Notes under the pieces: model-generated
Told to the model about the DNA's origin: nothing
The model's input: the letters and a program-made list of their open reading frames with translations, nothing else
Database searches by the model: none
Part shown: positions 55,440-64,000 of the stretch, in pieces
How the letters are laid out: each line of letters starts with the position of its first letter
Numbering within the stretch: position 1 is the first letter of the stretch
Assembly (NCBI GenBank): GCA_951406725.2
Contig: OX597830.1
Coordinates: 36,828,001 to 36,892,000, forward strand
DNA length: 64,000 nt
Direction of reading: 5' to 3'
From: Octopus vulgaris
Taxonomy: Eukaryota
Position numbers and translations under genes: made by a program

Positions 55440-55868
55440 ACACATACGCACGCACACACACGCATTTATATTGATATGAAAATGTTTATTCTTATAAATA
55501 TACGTAAGAAAATATTGAAAATGTATGTATAGAAACTGATTGATCAATTAAACTGTTCGTTTCGCCTTATCTCGTCATTCAACTCCCGTGTTACTCGTGC
55601 AATGTTTCTAGAATGTTTAAGTAGGATTCGCTTATCTTTTAGTTCTTCCCGTCGTACGCGCAATCAATCATTTTAATCATTGATCGTAAATCTTCTAATG
55701 TAAGCCTACCTCAAGACATCAATCTTGACAAACACGATTTCCCTTCATATTCTTCATCTGCAGCTAGCATAATATAATTTTTTTATGTCTATATTTCAGT
55801 TACTATAGTTCGAACATTGCGATAGCTTTGCAACATTTTAAATGTGTCTGTCTGTCTGTATGTATGCT

Positions 55869-55901
<33 letters not shown>

Positions 55902-56674
55902 GTTTGTGTATGCATATATGTAAGTAGGTATGTATGTATGTACGTACATATGTATGTATATATATGTACGTATGCATACATGTAACAATGTATGTGTCTC
56001 TATGGATGTACGTATATGTCTATAAATGTATGTATGTATGTATGTATGTATGTATGTATGTATGTATGTATGTACGTATGTACGTACGTACGTATACATG
56101 TATGTGTGTATGCCTGCTTGTATCAGTGTAAGTATGTATGTACGTATGTATGTTTTGTTTTGAAGATATTAGAGTTTGTGTTAAAACCTGTAGAGCAAAA
56201 CTTTTCATGTTGCAAAAAAGCGAACATTTGGAAATAATTTCTCAGCTGAAAAGGTATCGAACTCTCTAGGGAATCAACATCTCAAAAAGGGAGAGGTGTT
56301 GGAAAGAAAATGAAAATAAAATAAATTTCGTTTCCTACAGAAGTCGAAATCTCCAAAAGGGAGATATCATGGCGAGGGTCACGACACCCCCTGCGAGAAT
56401 AGACTGACTGAACCACTATAAGTAATAGCGGTCTGAGTGAATTAGGAAGAGAGTGGGCGTTAATTGCACGAAGTCGTAAGGTGTCGTGGTAGTTGCCGGA
56501 ATATCGTTTGTTGGTTCGTGTATAGTTCGGGAAGAGTTTGTTGGATTGTTATAGACTGAGAACCAGTCCTGATTTGATTAGACTTGAAGATCCCAAATAC
56601 TGGCAAGGCACAATATGTATTACGTTGTTGTTACCTTGCCTCGTTATATGTTTTATTCTTACTACACGGTTATA

Positions 56675-57092
56675 GGCGCAGGAGTGGCTGTGTGGTAAGT
56701 AGCTTGTTTACCAACCACATGGTTCCGGGTTCAGTCGCACTGCGTGGCATCTTGGGCAAGTGTCTTCTGCTATAGCCCCGGGCCGACCAATGCCTTGTGA
56801 GTGGATTTGGTAGACGGAAACAGAAAGAAGCCTGTCGTAAATATGTATATATATATATGTGTATGTGTGTTTGTTTGTGTGTCTGTGTTTGTCCCCCTAG
56901 CATTGCTTGACAACCGATGCTGGTGTGTTTATGTCCCCGTTACCTAGCGGTTCGGCAAAAGAGACCGATAGAATAAGTACTGGGCTTACAAAAAGAATAA
57001 GTCCCGGGGTCGAGTTGCTCGATTAAAGGCAGTGCTCCAGCATGGCCGCAGTCAAATGACTGAAACAAGTAAAAGAGTAAAAGAGTAAAAGA
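56675..57092 (+). mobile_element. SINE family A, well-preserved full-length copy
   Basis: ggcgcaggagtggctgtgtggtaag head, CORE-like cttgggcaagtgtcttc, internal microsatellite, (agtaaaag)n tail. Confidence 0.92.
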
Positions 57093-58063
57093 GTAATAGT
57101 GTAAACAAGTATCGTCATAATAATTGGCGATACAACAGTATGTATGTATGTATGTATGTATGTATGTATATATGTATGTATGTATGCATGCATATATGTA
57201 TGTATGTATGCATATATGTATGTATGTATGCATGCATGTATGTATGTATGTATGTATGTATGTATGTATGTATGTATGTATGTACGTACGTGTGTATGCA
57301 TGTATTTATGTATGTATTCATACATCAATGCATGTATGCATGTATGTTTGTATGTATGTATGCATTGCCGATAAAGTTTTTAGCTGCCAATTCTGTACAA
57401 GACATTGTAGATCTTTAGCTGGACTAAAGAGTCACATTCGATCACAGCACCAATAACAGTTAAGCTTCTTGCAATGGCCATAATCGATAATGAGGGGGCA
57501 GCAATCATGTATTTATGTATGTATGTATTTATGTATGCATGTATCAATGCATGTATGATTTATGTATGTATGTATGTATGTATGTTTTTATGAATGTAGA
57601 TATGTAAGCATGTATGTATGTACGAACATATGCAGTATGTATGTATTCATGTATAAGTGTATGTATGTATGTATGTATGCATCAATGTATGTACGTGTGT
57701 GTGTATATACATACGTATGAACATACATATGTACGCATGTATGTACATACATATGCACATACGTACGGACATAGTTTGTACGTACGTACTTACGCATGTA
57801 TGTATGAATGTATGCATGTGTCTATATACCTTCCGTTTTTTGTTTATATTTCTCACCTATAGCAAAAGCAGCTGTTTCTTCATTTATCATCATTCCTCTT
57901 TCATTGATTTACACAACATCAATTAGCCTTGTTTGTATGTATCTCCACGCGTATGCAGGTGTCAATCTCAATGTATTAACTCAAATAGGTATATCACTAA
58001 TATGTTTCTATATCTACATATGCGTATACACACATATACATACCGACATACATACACTCGAAC

Positions 58064-58457
58064 TGGCTGTGTGGTAAGTAGCTTGCTTACCAGCCACATG
58101 GTTCTGTGTTCAGTCCCACTGCGTGGCACCTTGGGCAAGTGTCTTCTAATATAGCCTCGGGTCGACCAAAACCTTGTGAGTGGATTTGTTAGACGGAAAC
58201 TGAAAGAAGCCTGTCGTATGTACGTATATGTGTGTGTGTGTGTGTGTGTTTGTGTGTCTGTGTTTGTTCTCCCAACATCGCTTGACAACCGATGCTGGTG
58301 TATTAACGTCCCCGTATTTTTGCGGTTCAGCAAAATAGCCCGATAGAATAAGTACTAGGCTTACAAGGAATAAGTCCTGGGGTCAATTTGCTCGACTAAA
58401 GGCGGTTCTCCAGCATGGCCGCAGTCAAATGCCTGAAATAAGTAAAAAGAAAAAAAA
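58064..58457 (+). mobile_element. SINE family A
   Basis: Close match to the 56675 copy. Confidence 0.9.
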
Positions 58458-58558
58458 GATATATATATATACATATATATATATATTTATTTATTTTATT
58501 TTTTATTTTATTTTATTTAGTTTCAGCTCACGAGCTGTGGCCATGCTGGGGCTCGTCC

Positions 58559-58596
<38 letters not shown>

Positions 58597-58697
58597 CACA
58601 CACAAACACATACGCACACATATATACAAACGCACACACATACATACATGCATACACGCATACATACATGCATACACGCATACATACATATCTATGT

Positions 58698-58912
58698 ATG
58701 AGCTCTTAATGTTCCTGGCTTTAAGGGCATCACAAAAAGCTTGGTTGGAGGCCCAACTTTCAGTGTTCTTTTACAGGGCTTAGAAAAGCTGAAAGACCGC
58801 TACAATAAGTGTGTGAATCTGAGAGGGGACTCTCACGAGTAAAATCATAATTAACTGATCTTCCTGTATTTTCTTGTACCTAAATCCAGGAACTTTTCAG
58901 CACCCCCTCGTA
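58698..58912 (+). mobile_element. Mariner-derived MITE (second copy)
   Basis: Matches 9917-10132; right TIR ccaggaacttttcagcaccccctcgta. Confidence 0.8.
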
Positions 58913-60006
58913 CATATATACATGTATACGTACATCCATCCATACATGCGGTGAGGTGGTAAAATCGTCAGTATGGCGAACAAATACTTAACGGTTTTCC
59001 GTTTTTTTTTCTTTTTACGGAAACATGGGTTAAACAACTACCTTGCGTAGAAAAATCTGAAAGCTGCTCGTGGAATTTATTTCTATTCAAAAGGGTTCTT
59101 CAACACATTATTACTATGTTATTATAGCTTTATGTGTTTCGAGTTCCACAGTTCTAGAAAAGAATTATCTTTCTATATATCATTTATAGCATTTCTGTTT
59201 TAGTTTCAAGGACACAAATTTTTGAGATGACGGCCAATCGCGCTCAGTATTTAACCAGTACATATTTTAACGAACCTGCTGAAAGCAGTCACCCAGGGTG
59301 CCGCGCAATGGGACCGAACCTGAAACTCGTGGTTGCAAAGCAATCCTTTTAACCGTTTAGCCATGCTAAAATTAACTAACATTTTTCATTGCTATACGCC
59401 TCATTAAGGTCGGTGTATTTAAACTCAGAACATATATATAACTAGACTAAATTATACAAAACATTTCATTTGACACTCTATCGATTCTACCAATCCATTT
59501 ACTTTTCTAATCACATCAATAGTAATTTCTGTCCAAGTGATTTATTGATGCGGTTGAGAAGCTGGTCTCCACAACGTGTCGCTTCGTCAGATGGTTGATG
59601 TGTATAATCGTTATGCGTGTCTTGAAAGTATTGTCTCCTGCTAAAGAGATGCCCGTGACCAGTGACGAAATTGGAACCCAGAATGCATAGTGCCGAAATA
59701 GACACTGCTGTTGATCTCGTCCGACGCTCTAAAATTTTCCCTACGTTCAACGTCTTGAATAACCACTTCATTTTATCGATTCAAAAAGGATGATATGTAA
59801 AGGTGACATCTGTCGGATTTGAACTCGGATATATCACAATACATTCGATCCAACAGTCTAACGACAGTGAATTCACCTTATTAACCTAATTATGTTACAT
59901 AAAATAATTATTGATGAAATGGTGTTAATTAAGCCTAAGATAATGATCAGATAATAATCAAGTCTATAATGAAGTGAGACGCTGCAGCATATTTTCGCGC
60001 ACACAC

Positions 60007-60640
<634 letters not shown>

Positions 60641-61165
60641 TCTACACACACGCACGCACGCATACACACACATATATCTGAATATACATGCATGTATATA
60701 AAGATACATAAACATATGTATATACACATGTGCGCGCGTGTGTGCATGTATATATGAATGTGTGAGCCTATGTATGCGTGGCTGTGATGTGTGTGTGTCA
60801 TAGTGTGTGTATGCGTGCGTGTGTGTACGTACGTATTTTATGATTGCGCTTTTGCATAGCGATACTAATAATCTGTTGTAAGAGCTCAATATACTTACGC
60901 TTTATATGTATATATGGAGGCAGGCACACACACTCTTCTACCAAACAACACGTGCCTCTCATCGTCACAGTTCCACACATATTTATATACCATCGCCTAA
61001 CACACTACACAACGTTTTATTGACGTTGTTGATATAAAATTTTGCATAAATGTTTGTATATTTATAAACGAACGATATAGATTCCATTTTCCCTATAGAT
61101 ATATTGTATGCTACGCATGAGGACTTGAAAATATAAAAATGTATTAACATTCTAGTTTGTTAATA

Positions 61166-62456
61166 CGAGGGGCATTCAATAAGTAATGCCCCTGACCCAC
61201 TTCCTATAGCAGTAGAGCAACGAAACTTGGCACAGTTATTAGTCTTTTTTTTACATAGGAACCACCCAGAGTTACGCATTTCTCCCATCGTTTAATGCAG
61301 CTCTGGAGACCGTTTTTGTAGAAGACCCCAGCTTGGTCCTCCAACCACGACGTGACTTCAGAAATCAAGGCTGCATCATCTGGGAAACGCTTTCCTTTCA
61401 AAAACAACTTCATGACTGGGAAGAGGTGAAAATCAGAGGGTGCAAGGTCAGGAGAGTAGGGGGGATGGGGGAGGAGTTCATAGCCGCACGCCTGTGTTTC
61501 TGATCTGGCGACACGCGAGTTGTGAACCGGAGCGTTGTCCTGCAAGAGGAGGATGCCTTTGCTGATCTTGCCCCGCCTCTTGATTTTGATAGCTTCTCTT
61601 AATTTCCTCAAAAGTGAAGCATAATAGGCTCCTGTAATTGTGGTACCCTTTGCCAGGAAATCTGTCATCACTACTCCATCCTGGTCCCAGAAGACTGTGA
61701 GCATGACCTTGCCAGGGGAGGGTTGCACCCTTGCCTTCTTTGGAGGAGGTGAGTCACGGTGCTTCCACTGCATTGACTGGGCTTTGGTCTCTGGATCATA
61801 GTGATGGACCCAGGTTTCATCCTGTGTAATCAGTCTTTTGAAAAATTTTGACTCATCTTGGCACATCTCCAAATTCATCCTCGAGCACTCGACGCGGTCT
61901 TGCTTCTGGAAAGGTGTGAGCAACCTGGGAATCCATCTGGCAGACACCTTTTGCATATGCAAATGGTCATGAATGATAGTTTTCACAGACCCGGTACTAA
62001 TCTTGACCTCATGGGCTATTTGGCGAATAGTTATGCGTCGATCTTCCAAAATGGCAGCCTCAACTTGACGGACAGAAGCCTCATTAATGGCAGAACGGGG
62101 ACGACCATATCTGGGAGCTGTTTCCACAGAGTTCCGACCATGTTTGAATTCACGATGCCAGCGTTTTACAAGGTCATATGATGGGGCATCATCACCATAA
62201 GTTACTTTCATTTCATCAAAAATCTCCCGTGGTGTGCGTCCTTTCAAATACAAAAACCGGATCACTGCTCGACACTCAACAGGCTCCATTTCATACTTGA
62301 CTCAGTTCAAACACCTGTAAATCAGAAACCACAATTAGTTCAGAGCTGTAATTTTCCACTTAATCTATAGAGATATAAATAATTGCACATGTAAACTTTC
62401 AGCTAGATCAAACAACTGCAAGTGGGTCAGAGGCATTACTTATTGAACGCCACTCG
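61166..62456 (-). mobile_element. Full-length mariner (irritans-like) with 37-bp TIRs and TA TSD
   Basis: TA-cgaggggcattcaataagtaatgcccctgacccactt ... aagtgggtcagaggcattacttattgaacgccactcg-TA (3 mismatches). Confidence 0.97.
61204..62289 (-). CDS. Mariner DD34D transposase, uninterrupted ORF
   Basis: 361 aa; HTH N-terminus, WIPRLL, ITQDETW, LQDNA, YSPDLAPSD with 34 residues between the second and third Asp. Confidence 0.93.
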   Translation of the reverse strand: MEPVECRAVIRFLYLKGRTPREIFDEMKVTYGDDAPSYDLVKRWHREFKHGRNSVETAPRYGRPRSAINEASVRQVEAAILEDRRITIRQIAHEVKISTGSVKTIIHDHLHMQKVSARWIPRLLTPFQKQDRVECSRMNLEMCQDESKFFKRLITQDETWVHHYDPETKAQSMQWKHRDSPPPKKARVQPSPGKVMLTVFWDQDGVVMTDFLAKGTTITGAYYASLLRKLREAIKIKRRGKISKGILLLQDNAPVHNSRVARSETQACGYELLPHPPYSPDLAPSDFHLFPVMKLFLKGKRFPDDAALISEVTSWLEDQAGVFYKNGLQSCIKRWEKCVTLGGSYVKKRLITVPSFVALLL

Positions 62457-62699
62457 TACCTAACAGCTCTGGTGCGTAAAACGGTTCATTTGGAATAGAT
62501 TCATTTCCACAACGAGTCGAATCGACCTGAAGTTTGATTTTTATCGACGTCTGGAAAAGGAATGGCAACGTCAACTTTGTTTTTTTGGGCGGGGCTGTTT
62601 AGACCTGAGCTCAAAATGCAAACGGGGGTTAAGCCGATGTCTTTACGGTTTTTGTCATGCGTCGACCTTAATGGCAGACTTTGTGAATGAAAAAGCTTA

Positions 62700-62880
62700 G
62701 GTAATTTTAGCACGGGTGAAAGTATGGTTGAATGGTTAAGTTCATTTTGGGGCCATGGAGTTTCAGGTTCTGTCCCACTGCACGGTACCTTGAGGAAATG
62801 TCTCCAACTGTAGCCCTGGGTCAAACAATCTCTTGTAAATGAATTTGGATGACTGAAACTTTGTGCAAGTTCGTCGTATA
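62700..62880 (+). mobile_element. SINE family A 5' half, decayed
   Basis: caggttctgtcccactgcacggtaccttgaggaaatgtc..gaatttgg..gaaact. Confidence 0.7.
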
Positions 62881-62896
62881 CATACATGCATACATG

Positions 62897-62940
<44 letters not shown>

Positions 62941-62950
62941 TGTATGTATG

Positions 62951-62987
<37 letters not shown>

Positions 62988-63168
62988 TATAATTATATCA
63001 AAGGGATCGGAAAACCACACCACACGCTAGACATAGACGGTTGAAATTTAAAAAAAAATGTAAATTCGACTTTCCCAAGTACATACGTGCAAATGTATGT
63101 ATACGTCCGTCCGACTTTGGTGTTCGTATGAGTATGTATGTATATTTGTGCTTCTATGCTTCAGAATA

Positions 63169-63228
63169 TTTGTGCTGAAGAGAGCAGTAAGTATTTTGTT
63201 ACTTTTAGCTCGAAATTGGTCCGATACA
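63169..63228 (+). ncRNA. Hammerhead-like motif within an inverted-end unit (about 62990-63370)
   Basis: CTGAAGA-gagc-agtaa..ttact..gctc-GAAA-ttg-GTC; stems I and III weak. Confidence 0.55.
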
Positions 63229-63461
63229 CAATTAAATGGGAAATTGTATTTATTATTTTTCATTTGCTCGTTTACAACCGGTGCTATAGGTGATATAAGG
63301 TGGATTTAAGTGCCATTTGGCATTCATGTCTAGCGTGTGGAGAGGTTTTCCGATCCCTTTGATATAATTATGTATAAAATTATAATATATAGTATACAGA
63401 AATTACCTATGAGGTTTTTTTACACGCTGACCACTTGATAAGATCATTAAAGTGATTTTAT

Positions 63462-63770
<309 letters not shown>

Positions 63771-64000
63771 AAAAAAATATATACAAAAATACAAAATGGG
63801 ACAAGAACGCAAAACATTCAAATAGACGACACAAAAAAATGGACGGGTCATTCGAAGCCTCTAATCTTCAGTCAAGAAACGGATCATCCTCGCAACTTCA
63901 GCTGATTAATCTTGAGATATATATATATTTACGGAGATGTACCTGCATAGCAAGTGATTTGATCTGAGATCATGTGCTGAAACGAAAGCAATTGCAGCGT

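Overview
AT-rich, microsatellite-dense eukaryotic intronic/intergenic DNA. The SINE families and (TA)n/(TACA)n/(ATCT)n load look like an Octopus genome, which is an inference from recognised repeats. No host gene can be confidently identified, and most of the ORF track is translated microsatellite. The window is a mosaic of mobile elements: one nearly intact DD34D mariner (61166-62456), two full-length decayed mariners and several fragments/MITEs, a rearranged Tc1-like element with DD35E spacing, hAT-like and 8-bp-TSD MITEs, non-autonomous Helitrons, R4/Dong and CR1-like LINE remnants, and many tRNA-derived SINEs of about five families. The most notable unannotated signal is a recurring set of type I hammerhead ribozyme motifs (three well formed, one with a weak stem I, several decayed). 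Most have short palindromic stem III and often an enlarged stem II, and they sit in short non-coding units with inverted/palindromic ends next to (TA)n tracts, probably Penelope-derived. A 34-bp minisatellite is built from a SINE segment. A few candidate host exons and CpG-rich islands remain unexplained.
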